DNA of 59,010 nt from an uncultured Thermodesulfobacteriaceae bacterium (GCA_964646435.1 CAZYEJ010000003.1:20210-79219); one strand, 5' to 3'; counted from the stretch's first letter, positions 31,565-41,392 are shown. The notes: generated by a model from the sequence alone, not told the origin. Made by a program: numbers and translations.

Positions 31565-32450
31565 TTATGGAACATGCACCATCTTCTGTTTCGAAAGGAT
31601 TTTCCAGATTTCCATCCAGCGAGGGCATTTCCCGGAAACAGGTATTCTGAATATAGTTTATGATATTCCGTTCGCCCTGGATGAAGGTCAATCCATCATG
31701 ATCCTTGGCTATCAGTACCGGAACAGTGTCTATGCCAAATATTTTCAGGGCAGCAGTGTTTATTTCAGGTGAAAACTTTTTATTTGGGCTTAACCCCGGA
31801 AGCAGGTCAGAATTTATTTCTTTGATTGGATTAAAGTGAAATTCGCACCGCGTGCATCCTTCCAGGGTCTCTATAACCTTGTAGCAGTGGGGGCAGTCTT
31901 CTGAAAAGATTAGATAGAGTTGTTTAACCGGGTCAGAGCATCTTCTTACAGCATATGTCCCATTGTCCAGTGTGAGTCCGCTCAGGTCGTTTCCCGCAGT
32001 TTCAAATCTCAACAGAGAAAACATGAACAACTGTACCGCAATTATTGCCAACCCCAAAGTTAATTGTCGAATACCCATTAAGACATTCAGGATGACCATC
32101 AGAACAAAGATAAGCAGGCAGTAAAAACAGGATGTGTTGGCAACAAAAATTTGGTATCCCAGCAATATCCCCTCGGCTGCAAGACCAAAAATAAGTACGA
32201 TGCGGAGCAGTGGCTCTGTCCCTGCTCTGTATTTTGTTGTTATGGCAACACAAAATATGGAAAAGAAATATGCAGCACCTAACAGATTGAAATAAAAAGG
32301 CGGAATAAGTGTCAAAGCTTCTACTGTTCTACATCCTTCATTAACACAGAAGGCCTCTCCCTTGAATATTATTAGTAGTGCCTGGACAATTATGACAATA
32401 CAGGCAAGGAGTGACAGGTAAATTACTCCCTGGAGCGATTTGAGTTTCAT
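31551..32450 (-). CDS. Polytopic membrane protein with C-terminal thioredoxin-like CxxC domain (VKOR/DsbB-like candidate)
   Basis: About 5 TM helices with CVNEGC in the first loop region, then CPHCYKV in a soluble C-terminal domain. Start set to M47 (ATG 32450), since the longer ORF runs into an 18-bp inverted repeat. Confidence 0.5.
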   Translation of the reverse strand: MKLKSLQGVIYLSLLACIVIIVQALLIIFKGEAFCVNEGCRTVEALTLIPPFYFNLLGAAYFFSIFCVAITTKYRAGTEPLLRIVLIFGLAAEGILLGYQIFVANTSCFYCLLIFVLMVILNVLMGIRQLTLGLAIIAVQLFMFSLLRFETAGNDLSGLTLDNGTYAVRRCSDPVKQLYLIFSEDCPHCYKVIETLEGCTRCEFHFNPIKEINSDLLPGLSPNKKFSPEINTAALKIFGIDTVPVLIAKDHDGLTFIQGERNIINYIQNTCFREMPSLDGNLENPFETEDGACSINENY

Positions 32451-32509
32451 AGATATCCTGATAATCCCTACATTGTGTGAGGGAAGGTCCTGTTGTTTGG
32501 TTGATCCTG

Positions 32510-32610
32510 GGACCCGTAAAGGAATAATTCCTCGGTTTTGCTCAATCAAATCGACCAAATCCGACCTAAATCTGAGCGCAAATTCCAACGAGTTATTCCT
32601 TTACGGGTCC
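32510..32610. repeat. Perfect 18-bp inverted repeat with 65-nt spacer in the divergent thiC intergenic region
   Basis: ggacccgtaaaggaataa (32510-32527) and ttattcctttacgggtcc (32593-32610). Confidence 0.85.
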
Positions 32611-32722
32611 TTAGTGACAAACCCGGTCTAAGGGGATAAAGTCGTTATTAGTCTTTAGGGCTAACTTGATAATCCATGAAAATCATCTTGAAAACCCTTT
32701 GTGTCATCATTAGAGTTCTCTT

Positions 32723-34039
32723 ATGACTATAAAAGATCAAGCAAAACAAGGTATAATATCCAAACTTATTGAGCATTGTGCACTGGATGAGGGTCTGGAT
32801 CCGCGGATTCTGCTTCAAGCCGTGGGGGCAGGGGAAATGGCAATACCACATAACAGGCATATGGAGCTCAGCCGTCCCATGGCAGTGGGGAAAGGGGTCT
32901 CCACCAAGGTTAATGCAAATATAGGCACTTCAAAGGATCATCCTGAGCTGAAGGCCGAACTGGAAAAGCTCAAGGTGGCCTTGGAAGCAGGGGCCCACAC
33001 GATAATGGATCTTTCCACAGGAGGTCCGATAAAGGAGATCCGCCAGGCTATCAGAGATGCCTGTCCCGTACCTCTTGGCACAGTTCCTATTTATCAGGCC
33101 GCTGTTGAGACAGTGGAGCGGAGAAAGTGCTCAGTTTGCGAAATGGATGTAGACGACCTGCTGAGGGTAATTGAGGAACATGGTCAGGAGGGAGTTGACT
33201 TCGTGACAATTCACTGTGGGCTGACTCTTAAGGCTGCGGAGCATCTTCGGTTGAAGGAGCGCGTAATGGGGGTGGTTAGCAGAGGAGGTTCCTTCATCCT
33301 GGAGTGGATGATGCACAACCGGAAAGAAAATCCCCTCTTTGAGCATTTTGATGATATCCTGGCAATAGCTCGGGAGCATGAACTCACTTTGAGCCTTGGT
33401 GACGGTCTCCGGCCCGGGTGCCTGATGGACGCAACAGACGGCGCACAAGTGCATGAGTTGATAGTCCTGGGTGAGCTCACGCAGAGGGCATGGGACGCGG
33501 GTGTACAGGTAATAATTGAAGGGCCTGGTCATATGTCAATGGACCAGATACCGGCCAACGTTCTTTTGGAAAAGAGGCTCTGTCACGGGGCCCCATTTTA
33601 TGTGCTTGGTCCCCTGACGGCTGATATTGCCCCTGGGTACGATCATATTACTAGTGCCATAGGCGGGGCCATTGCGGCGGCAGCCGGGGCCGACTTTCTC
33701 TGTTATGTGACACCCGCCGAACATCTAAAGCTGCCGTCACTGGAAGATGTGAAAGAAGGGGTGATAGCTTGCCGCATTGCGGCCCATACGGCTGATATAG
33801 TTAAGAAAGTCCCCGGTGCCATAGAAAAAGATCGAATGATGGCCGAGGCCAGGCACCGACTTGACTGGAAGACCCAGATAGAACTCTCCATAGATCCTGA
33901 AAAGGCCCGCCTCTATCGCGAGGAGGGTGGGAAATACGATGGACCAACCTGCACGATGTGCGGGGAATACTGCGCGATCAAGACCTATCAAAGGGCAATG
34001 AGAAAAGGCCGGGAGGCAAGAGGCGATGAGAGGAAATGA
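32723..34039 (+). CDS. thiC: Phosphomethylpyrimidine synthase
   Basis: GTVPIYQA, radical-SAM-type CTMCGEYC near the C-terminus. 438 aa. Confidence 0.95.
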   Translation: MTIKDQAKQGIISKLIEHCALDEGLDPRILLQAVGAGEMAIPHNRHMELSRPMAVGKGVSTKVNANIGTSKDHPELKAELEKLKVALEAGAHTIMDLSTGGPIKEIRQAIRDACPVPLGTVPIYQAAVETVERRKCSVCEMDVDDLLRVIEEHGQEGVDFVTIHCGLTLKAAEHLRLKERVMGVVSRGGSFILEWMMHNRKENPLFEHFDDILAIAREHELTLSLGDGLRPGCLMDATDGAQVHELIVLGELTQRAWDAGVQVIIEGPGHMSMDQIPANVLLEKRLCHGAPFYVLGPLTADIAPGYDHITSAIGGAIAAAAGADFLCYVTPAEHLKLPSLEDVKEGVIACRIAAHTADIVKKVPGAIEKDRMMAEARHRLDWKTQIELSIDPEKARLYREEGGKYDGPTCTMCGEYCAIKTYQRAMRKGREARGDERK

Positions 34040-35388
34040 ATCCTGGTCCGGTTCTTACCATTGCCGGTTCTGACTCAGGTGGTGGCGCAGGTCTCCAACA
34101 AGACTTGAAGGTCTTTACGGTCCTTGGGTCCTATGGTTCGAGCGTTGTTACCGCACTGACTGCTCAGAACACTCTCGGGGTCCATGCCGTTGATCCTGTA
34201 GATCCTGATTTTGTTGGGAAGCAGCTTGATGCCGTACTTGAAGACATTTGCCCGGTAGCTATCAAGATCGGTATGCTGGCCAACGCAGCAATTGTGGAGA
34301 TTGTTGCGGATCGTCTGGGTCGGCATATTAATAAAGATACCATACTGGTAGTAGACCCTGTCATGGTCTCCAAAAACGGGCATCGACTCCTGGAACAAGA
34401 TGCAGTGGATGTCCTAAGGACCAGGCTTCTTCCTCTTGCGGACGTTTTTACACCCAATATTCCAGAGGCTGAAGTTTTTCTCGGCTGGCGTATCCAGACA
34501 CTGGAAGACATGCGGCTTGCTGCGATTGATCTCCTCAAGCTCGCAGATTGCCCTTGTGTCATTCTGAAAGGGGGTCATCTCCGCAACCAGGATCCTGTGG
34601 ATGTTCTTGCCCACAAAGAAGGGGTTTTAGAGATAACAGGGACTCGCATTCCCACACAACATACCCACGGAACCGGCTGTACCTTTTCTGCCGCACTGTT
34701 GGTGTTTCTGGCTTGTGGACTGGAAATGGAAAATGCCGCTCAGAAGGCCAAAGAGTTTGTGACCCAGGCGATTAGGGGGGCGGTGTCTGTTGGCAAGGGT
34801 ATAAGGCCAACGAATCCTTTGAGTATAATCGAAGACGATATTGCTCGTTACCCCGTAATTGAAGCCCTTGAGAAGGCGTGGAAGCGTCTTTTGTCGTTCC
34901 CCTGTCGCTCTCTGATCCCGGAAGTTCAGATGAATCTTGGCTATGCCCTTCCGTGGGTAAGTTCCGTGCAGGATGTGGCTGCTTTCCCCGGAAGGATTGT
35001 AGGCCTGGAAGAAGGTGTGGCCAGGATAAGGGGCCCGGCATATGGGGTCTCAAGCCATGTGGCCAGGATAATATTGACCGCGATGGGCCATGATCGTGGA
35101 TACAGGTCTGCCATGAATATCCGCTATGATCTCGGGTATCTTAAGCGGGCACAGGACCTTGGTTACTCAAAGGCTGAGTTCTCCAGAAAGGATGAACCCG
35201 AGGACGTAAAAGCAAAGGAAGGCTCTACCCTGGTATGGGGCGTAAAGAGGGCCATTGAAGGTGCGGGTATGGTGCCGGATATCATACATGATGCAGGAGA
35301 TATAGGAAAAGAGCCGATTATTCGAGTCCTGGGACACGATCCATTGGAGGTGGTGGACAAGGCCTTGAGATTGGCCGGGTTTTCGTAA
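34036..35388 (+). CDS. thiD: Bifunctional HMP/HMP-P kinase ThiD fused to a ThiN-type thiamine-phosphate synthase domain (ThiDN)
   Basis: N-terminus IAGSDSGGGAGLQQDLK...GTGCTFSAAL (ThiD). The C-terminal ~180 aa (IPEVQMNLGYA...FPGRIVG...GVSSHVARIIL...PDIIHDAGDIGKEPIIRVLG) resembles the ThiN domain. Confidence 0.8.
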   Translation: MNPGPVLTIAGSDSGGGAGLQQDLKVFTVLGSYGSSVVTALTAQNTLGVHAVDPVDPDFVGKQLDAVLEDICPVAIKIGMLANAAIVEIVADRLGRHINKDTILVVDPVMVSKNGHRLLEQDAVDVLRTRLLPLADVFTPNIPEAEVFLGWRIQTLEDMRLAAIDLLKLADCPCVILKGGHLRNQDPVDVLAHKEGVLEITGTRIPTQHTHGTGCTFSAALLVFLACGLEMENAAQKAKEFVTQAIRGAVSVGKGIRPTNPLSIIEDDIARYPVIEALEKAWKRLLSFPCRSLIPEVQMNLGYALPWVSSVQDVAAFPGRIVGLEEGVARIRGPAYGVSSHVARIILTAMGHDRGYRSAMNIRYDLGYLKRAQDLGYSKAEFSRKDEPEDVKAKEGSTLVWGVKRAIEGAGMVPDIIHDAGDIGKEPIIRVLGHDPLEVVDKALRLAGFS

Positions 35389-35396
35389 TTTTTGCT

Positions 35397-36860
35397 ATGA
35401 ATTTAACTAAAGACTCAATCACTTCAATAGTAAGCAGGCTGGTGCAGACTGCAAACCGCGAACTGCCGCAGGATGTCGCGACAGCTCTCTTGGCTGCAAG
35501 GAAGAGAGAGAAATCACCGGCCGGCAGGCTGATGCTTGATATTATAGTAGAAAATGCAGATCTTGCCAGGCAGACCGGACTTCCGATATGTCAGGATACA
35601 GGTATTGATGTTGTATTTGTACAGATAGGTCAGGAGCTTAAAATTGAGGGCGATCTGGTCAGGGCCATAAATGAGGGGATTGCCCGAGGTACAAAAGAAG
35701 GCTGCCTGAGATGCTCTGTCTGCGATCCTATTACCAGGAAAAATACTGGAGACAACACCCCTGCGGTTGTCCATGTAGAGCCGGTGGCTGGTGACAGCCT
35801 GGAGATTTCTATACTACCAAAGGGCTGCGGAAGCGAAAATATGAGTGCCATAGTGATGCTCCCGCCTTCGGCAGGTGAGGATGGCATTGTGAGGGCGGTA
35901 GCAAATCAGGTGCTAAAGGCCGGACCGAACCCCTGTCCTCCCGGGATAATAGGCATAGGCATCGGCGGTACCATGGAAAAGGCGGCGCTGCTTGCCAAAA
36001 AGGCCCTGTTGAGACCTGTGGGTTCGAGAAATTCAAGGGATGATTTGGCAGAGTTGGAGGACCGGATATTTGTTCAAATAAATGGTCTGGGGATTGGTCC
36101 TCTAGGACTTGGCGGGTCTGTTACATCGCTTGGTGTGGCCGTGGAGGTCTATCCCTGTCACATAGCAAGCCTCCCTGTAGCAATAAACATCCAGTGTCAT
36201 GCTGCCAGGCATTGCACTGCAAGGTGGAGAGGTGGGGCATGGGTTATGAGTCAAGTGCCAGGGGTTATTTCCCTCCATCCTCCCGCTAAACGTCCCATGC
36301 CTCTTGCACAAGGAGTTGTTCGGATCGAACTTCCACTGTCAGAATCGTCTATACGGGAACTGCGGGCTGGTGATTGGGTGTTGCTCAACGGTGTTGTTTA
36401 TACGGGGAGGGACCAGACCCATCGTCGATTGGTGGAGATGTTAGACAGGGGGGATTCATTGCCCGTAGATCTAAGTGGGCAGTTAATATACTATGTGGGT
36501 CCCTCTCCAGCCCCGCCGGGAAGACCGGTGGGTTCCGCAGGGCCTACCACCAGCTACCGAATGGATGCCTATACACCCCGCATGCTGGCTGAAGGCGTGC
36601 TTGCCACAATGGGAAAGGGAAGGCGTTCTCCGGAGGTGAAGGCCGCCTTGAAAGAACACGGAGCCGTGTATTTTGCGACAGCAGGGGGTGCAGGGGCCTA
36701 TCTGGCGAGCTGCATAGAGTCCTGCGAGCTAATCGCATTTCCCGAGTTGGGTCCCGAGGCTCTGTACCGGATGAAGCTTAGGGACTTTCCTGCCATTGTG
36801 ATCAACGATATAACAGGTGCTGATTTTTATGAGATTGCAATCAAACAACATAAAATCTAG
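35397..36860 (+). CDS. Class I (Fe-S) fumarate hydratase, fused alpha/beta form
   Basis: LPICQDTG in the N-terminal half, GPTTSYRMD in the C-terminal half. 487 aa. Confidence 0.85.
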   Translation: MNLTKDSITSIVSRLVQTANRELPQDVATALLAARKREKSPAGRLMLDIIVENADLARQTGLPICQDTGIDVVFVQIGQELKIEGDLVRAINEGIARGTKEGCLRCSVCDPITRKNTGDNTPAVVHVEPVAGDSLEISILPKGCGSENMSAIVMLPPSAGEDGIVRAVANQVLKAGPNPCPPGIIGIGIGGTMEKAALLAKKALLRPVGSRNSRDDLAELEDRIFVQINGLGIGPLGLGGSVTSLGVAVEVYPCHIASLPVAINIQCHAARHCTARWRGGAWVMSQVPGVISLHPPAKRPMPLAQGVVRIELPLSESSIRELRAGDWVLLNGVVYTGRDQTHRRLVEMLDRGDSLPVDLSGQLIYYVGPSPAPPGRPVGSAGPTTSYRMDAYTPRMLAEGVLATMGKGRRSPEVKAALKEHGAVYFATAGGAGAYLASCIESCELIAFPELGPEALYRMKLRDFPAIVINDITGADFYEIAIKQHKI

Positions 36861-36975
36861 ATAGCCGTATTTATTCCATAGAATCCGAGGCTGATAGCCG
36901 ACATTGTTCATTGAAAATGTTTCAGTTGTTCCAGCCATTGGAGGCTTTTATAATACCCCAAAATAGCCAAGCTTC

Positions 36976-37004
36976 TTGACACAAAACAGGTGTCATGATA
37001 TAAA
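36976..37004 (+). promoter_or_regulatory. Near-consensus sigma70 promoter
   Basis: TTGACA (36976-36981), 17 nt, TATAAA (36999-37004), 70 nt upstream of ORF 37074. Confidence 0.45.
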
Positions 37005-37073
37005 AATTTGCTGTGTGTGGTAATTTTTGAAGGAAAATTATATCCCAAGTAACTTATTAAGAGGAGGTTAATT

Positions 37074-37394
37074 ATGGCTGATTTCTACATCAATGTCTTG
37101 ATGGATGATGAGAAACTTAAAAAAATTGAAGCTGCCGGATTGGCTGATCAAGTTCAGGAAATTGACGGCAAAAAGACGATTCAGGTGGGAATGACCAAAA
37201 AAGATAAAAAGAAACTCTGTAAGGGCTTCACCGACTTAGCATTCGACTCTTCAGATGCCTGTGTACTTCCTGAAGATGCAGAGAATACCCTGATGGGTAT
37301 TATAGCGGAAATGGGTACTTTGGATGTTATGAAGGTTGCAATAACCAAGCTCTACAATCCTCTTGCCGGAAAGAGCATTCGAACACTTAACTAA
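37074..37394 (+). CDS. Hypothetical 106-aa protein
   Basis: Strong RBS AAGAGGAGG 6 nt upstream and a near-consensus promoter. No recognisable motif. Confidence 0.6.
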   Translation: MADFYINVLMDDEKLKKIEAAGLADQVQEIDGKKTIQVGMTKKDKKKLCKGFTDLAFDSSDACVLPEDAENTLMGIIAEMGTLDVMKVAITKLYNPLAGKSIRTLN

Positions 37395-37409
37395 GCACAG
37401 AAATTTTTT

Positions 37410-37566
37410 AACCGTTCACGGGGTTACAACGCCTATTTTACCGCACCCCACCGAACTGTGAGCGTTCACAGGGTGCTACAGATGTGAGGTGGAGGGTACG
37501 CAGATGTACTCCATGTAATTCAAGTGCCTGACAACAAAGCAGATGCTGTGCCCTGTGAACGCTCAC
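37410..37566 (-). mobile_element. MITE-like element, copy 3 (157 bp, inverted) with perfect 10-bp target-site duplication
   Basis: gaaatttttt occurs at 37400-37409 and 37567-37576. The internal 16-bp stem gtgagcgttcacaggg/ccctgtgaacgctcac is perfect in this copy. Confidence 0.85.
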
Positions 37567-37783
37567 GAAATTTTTTTGAAAGAGTTTTTCTTAGGACAAA
37601 TTTACTTAAGGCCTTTACATGTAATAATTTCCAAACAAGAGATTATTTCATAATTTCGAGTTTCTTGTATTCAAAAATTATTCACAGATTAGTTCATGGC
37701 TGGTAGCTCAGAATTCATGGCTACCAGCTATAAGCTAAACTTGTCAATTGAGCCGAATTACTTCCGATAATAATCGGTCTGGT

Positions 37784-38695
37784 TTACAAGTCAAAAGGTG
37801 TTAAGTTTTCATAACCATCTTCAGTAACAGCAAATGTTTGTTCAAATTGAGCAGAAAGCGATCCATCCGCGGTTACTACTGTCCACTTATCTTCCAATAT
37901 CAAAACATTTTTTCTTCCCAGATTTATCATAGGTTCAATTGTAAAGACCATACCGGGAACGAGGCCTATACCCTTCCCTCGAAGGCCATAATGGGGGACC
38001 TCGGGAGATTCATGGAATTCAAACCCAACACCATGACCAACAAATTCCCTGACCACTGAGCACCCTTCCCCTTCAGCATATTTCTGTATGGCCCATCCAA
38101 TATCTCCTATTGTATTTCCTGGGCGCACCATGGACCTGCCGGCCTTCAGACTCTCGCGGGCAACCCTGACAATTTTCCGTGCCTCGGAACTGGGCGAGCC
38201 CACGAAAAAAGTCTGGTTTGCATCGGCATAATATCCATTTAAGATGGGAGTTACGTCCACATTCACAATATCCCCGTCTCTCAAGACCCGTTTGCCCGGG
38301 ATCCCGTGGCAGACAACTTCATTTACCGAAACACAAACGCTTTTTGGAAAACCCCTGTAATTCAGAGGCGCAGGAATGGCACCATTTTTAATGGTGAATT
38401 CATGAACCAGGGTATTAATATCATCGGTGATTATTCCTGGCCTAATCTCATCCTTCACCAATCGCAGGAGTTCCAGGACTAACTGTCCCGCCTTCCTGAT
38501 GCCTTCGATATCCTCTTTTTCCTTGAGTCGAATTCTGTATTTCTGTAAATATAGATTTTTGATATCACGGTATCCTGTGCCTTTTTTAAGGAGACAACAT
38601 TTTTTATACTTCAGTCCGCTTCCGCAAGGGCACGGATCATTTCGACCTACTTTGTTTTTCTTGTCTTCCAGTATCACGTTGTTATTACCCACCAA
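37784..38695 (-). CDS. map: Type I methionine aminopeptidase with N-terminal SEC-C zinc-binding motif
   Basis: [20 protein letters not shown], then MetAP metal-ligand regions [26 protein letters not shown]. Confidence 0.9.
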   Translation of the reverse strand: MVGNNNVILEDKKNKVGRNDPCPCGSGLKYKKCCLLKKGTGYRDIKNLYLQKYRIRLKEKEDIEGIRKAGQLVLELLRLVKDEIRPGIITDDINTLVHEFTIKNGAIPAPLNYRGFPKSVCVSVNEVVCHGIPGKRVLRDGDIVNVDVTPILNGYYADANQTFFVGSPSSEARKIVRVARESLKAGRSMVRPGNTIGDIGWAIQKYAEGEGCSVVREFVGHGVGFEFHESPEVPHYGLRGKGIGLVPGMVFTIEPMINLGRKNVLILEDKWTVVTADGSLSAQFEQTFAVTEDGYENLTPFDL

Positions 38696-39066
38696 TTTCT
38701 AAATTTAAGTTTCAAGCCGTGAATGGCTACACATTATCTATTATTTAAACCTACTCCAAAAATCCAAAATCAGCTATCAAAATCAGGAGAGGCCTACTGA
38801 AAAAAAATATCTCCTTTCTGGATATCTGTTCATGCGTTTGTTGTTTATCCCTTTATTTGAGAAAAAAATTCCTACAATGTAAAGAAAAAAATCCTTGCAA
38901 TGGCAACATGTTTCTCTTATATGTCTTTTGTGGAGAGATAGGTACGGTTTTGCAGCGCTCATTAATGATTAAACGCCTGGAATAATTTTTGCTGGTTATC
39001 TAAGAAAAGGCATTTATTGCAAATATGTTGTGAGCCCAATACTTAAAGTTTGAGGTGCAAGGAAAA

Positions 39067-39321
39067 ATGATCGATAATGATAGTAAGGGGGAATTGAATA
39101 TGGCCCTTGCTTTTTCCAGTCAATTCCAAGAATCATCTGAAGTGATTTGTCAAGACTTTGAGCCTGTCCTTCCCGGAAACGTTTACAGCTTTTGTAAATA
39201 TGCCACTTTTTGGATAGACGGTCAAAAAGAGCGTACCTGTCCTTTTACAAATTGTCCTTGTGCCGGCGCCTATTCTCCCCTTCTGTGTGGCATATATTGC
39301 AATAAAGTCAGTAATAAATAA
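39067..39321 (+). CDS. Hypothetical small Cys-rich protein
   Basis: ATG 39067 follows AAGGAAAA. Contains CPFTNCPCAGAYSPLLCGIYC. No homology recognised, so this may be non-coding. Confidence 0.3.
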   Translation: MIDNDSKGELNMALAFSSQFQESSEVICQDFEPVLPGNVYSFCKYATFWIDGQKERTCPFTNCPCAGAYSPLLCGIYCNKVSNK

Positions 39322-39430
39322 AAAATCTGGGTTTATCGCACAATTTCTCGAAAAAATCCGGTTGCTTGTTCTTCCATTTAAATTATTTTCATGATTCCGT
39401 TGAAAAAATCCAATCCGCGGCGTTGCATAA

Positions 39431-39648
39431 GAGCTGAAAGCCTGAAGCTGAAAGCTGAGAGGGGTTAATTGCGATAGCTCTTTGAGCTTTGAGCTGATTT
39501 CACCGCCTTGCATCTCGGGCTTTTTGAGCGGAATCATGTTTCAGACTTTTTGCAGTATAATCATCTGTTAGTTTTTCTGCAGCACCCTGTAAACGCTCAC
39601 AGTTCGGTGGGTTGCGGTAAAACGGGCGTTGTAATCCCGTGAACGATT
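39431..39648. repeat. Composite of three repeat modules
   Basis: Stuttered hairpin (gagctgaaagcctgaagctgaaagctgag 39431-39459 / agctctttgagctttgagct 39476-39495); 60-bp block 39508-39567 (about 52/60 identical to 46439-46498); right half of the MITE-like element at 39577-39648. Confidence 0.8.
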
Positions 39649-39724
39649 ACAAGATAATGGACTATTGCGAACAATACTTTGAACAGTCATAATAAGGAAA
39701 AACGATCCGGAAAAAGGGGAAAAG

Positions 39725-41392
39725 GTGTTGCATAACAGGATACAGAAAGCTGTAGAGGAGGCCTATAGAAAGGGTGTTGCTGAAGGAGTGCTTCCCGATG
39801 TGTCTCTGCCGGCATCACATCAAGTTGCACCTCCAAAACAGGAAGTCCATGGCGATTTCGCCAGTAATTTGGCCATGATAACTGCCTCAGGGGCCAAGAG
39901 GCCACCACGTGAGCTGGCCGCTTGTCTGGCCAAAATATTAGAGGCCAACCCTCTATTTCATAAGGTTGAGGTAGCAGGGCCGGGCTTTCTCAATTTTTTT
40001 GTAGCTACGACCTGGTGGCAGGAGAATCTTCGGACCATTTGGGAGGCAGGAGATTACTACGGCGAGTCCGGGGCTGGTAATGGCCGGTTGGTTCAGGTGG
40101 AGTTTGTCAGTGCCAATCCGACAGGGCCGCTGCATGTAGGCCACGGCAGGGGCGCAGCCGTTGGTGACTCCCTGGCCAGGGTCTTAAAGGCCGCTGGTTT
40201 CAGAGTGGAAAGGGAGTATTACATCAACGATATAGGAAATCAGATGAGGACTCTCGGGGCCTCTGTTTACTTACGATATTTGGAATATTTTGGGCATGAG
40301 ATCGAATTTCCCAAAGAGTATTATCAGGGGGACTATATCCGTGATATTGCCTCAGGCATTGCCTCGGGAGAAGGGGAAAAATATTTAGACATGCCCCAGG
40401 AATCTTGCCTGACATTTTTTATTGATACGGCTGTCGAGATCATAGCCTCTGACATCCGCAAAGATCTTGAGGAGTTTGGGGTCCATTATGATAACTGGTT
40501 TAGTGAAAAAACCCTTCATGAGAGTGGGCTGGTTGACAGAACCATCTCGGAGTTACAGGATAAAGGCTACATGTTCGAGGAAGAAGGGGCGTTGTGGTTC
40601 AGGTCCACTGCCTTTGGAGATGAAAAGGACAGAGTAGTTAGGCGTTCAAATGGAGTTCTTACCTATTTTGCGTCAGACATAGCCTACCACAGAAATAAGC
40701 TGGAGAGGGGATATGACCTTCTGGTTGACATCTGGGGTGCTGATCACCATGGATATGTAGCAAGAGTAAAGGCGGCAATAAAGGCACTGGGTTATAAAGA
40801 AGATAAATTGCAGGTCCTTCTTGTACAGCTTGTCAATCTTCTGGAAGGGGGGAAGATTAAGACCATGTCAACCAGGGCCGGTGAGTTTGTGACATTGAGG
40901 GAAGTACTTGATGACGTGGGTAGCGACGCTGCGCGGTTCATATTCTTGACCCGCAGATGTGACAGCCACCTGGACTTTGACCTGGATCTTGCCAGAAGCC
41001 GGAGCCAGGAAAATCCTGTTTATTACGTACAATATGCCCATGCCAGGCTTTCAAGCGTTTTCAAAAATGCTGGAGAGCAGGGAATTTCTCTTGCAAAACC
41101 ACAGGATATTGATATCTCACTCCTCAATACTCCAGAGGATATTAAGCTTTTGAAGCAACTGGATGTATTTCCCTGTCTCGTAGCTGACGCCGCCCTTGCC
41201 CTTGAGCCATATCGCGTCAGCTATTATCTTACCGAGTTGGCAGGTCAACTGCATGGCTACTATACCCGGCATCGGTTTATCACCGATGATCCGGATTTGA
41301 CTCAGGCCAGACTTCTCTTGGCAGATGTGACAAGAAAGGTTTTTCGCAAGGGTCTGGGGCTACTGGGAGTATCAGCACCTGAAAAAATGTAG
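39725..41392 (+). CDS. argS: Arginyl-tRNA synthetase
   Basis: HIGH region PTGPLHVGHGRGA, KMSKS-equivalent KTMSTRAG. GTG start. Confidence 0.95.
   Translation: MLHNRIQKAVEEAYRKGVAEGVLPDVSLPASHQVAPPKQEVHGDFASNLAMITASGAKRPPRELAACLAKILEANPLFHKVEVAGPGFLNFFVATTWWQENLRTIWEAGDYYGESGAGNGRLVQVEFVSANPTGPLHVGHGRGAAVGDSLARVLKAAGFRVEREYYINDIGNQMRTLGASVYLRYLEYFGHEIEFPKEYYQGDYIRDIASGIASGEGEKYLDMPQESCLTFFIDTAVEIIASDIRKDLEEFGVHYDNWFSEKTLHESGLVDRTISELQDKGYMFEEEGALWFRSTAFGDEKDRVVRRSNGVLTYFASDIAYHRNKLERGYDLLVDIWGADHHGYVARVKAAIKALGYKEDKLQVLLVQLVNLLEGGKIKTMSTRAGEFVTLREVLDDVGSDAARFIFLTRRCDSHLDFDLDLARSRSQENPVYYVQYAHARLSSVFKNAGEQGISLAKPQDIDISLLNTPEDIKLLKQLDVFPCLVADAALALEPYRVSYYLTELAGQLHGYYTRHRFITDDPDLTQARLLLADVTRKVFRKGLGLLGVSAPEKM

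Noticed and set aside
32451-32722. TPP riboswitch upstream of thiC
   Set aside because: Words resembling CUGAG, GAUCCUGG and AGGGA occur but in reversed order on the thiC strand. I could not assemble a THI-box by eye. This is left as a negative to be tested with Rfam RF00059.
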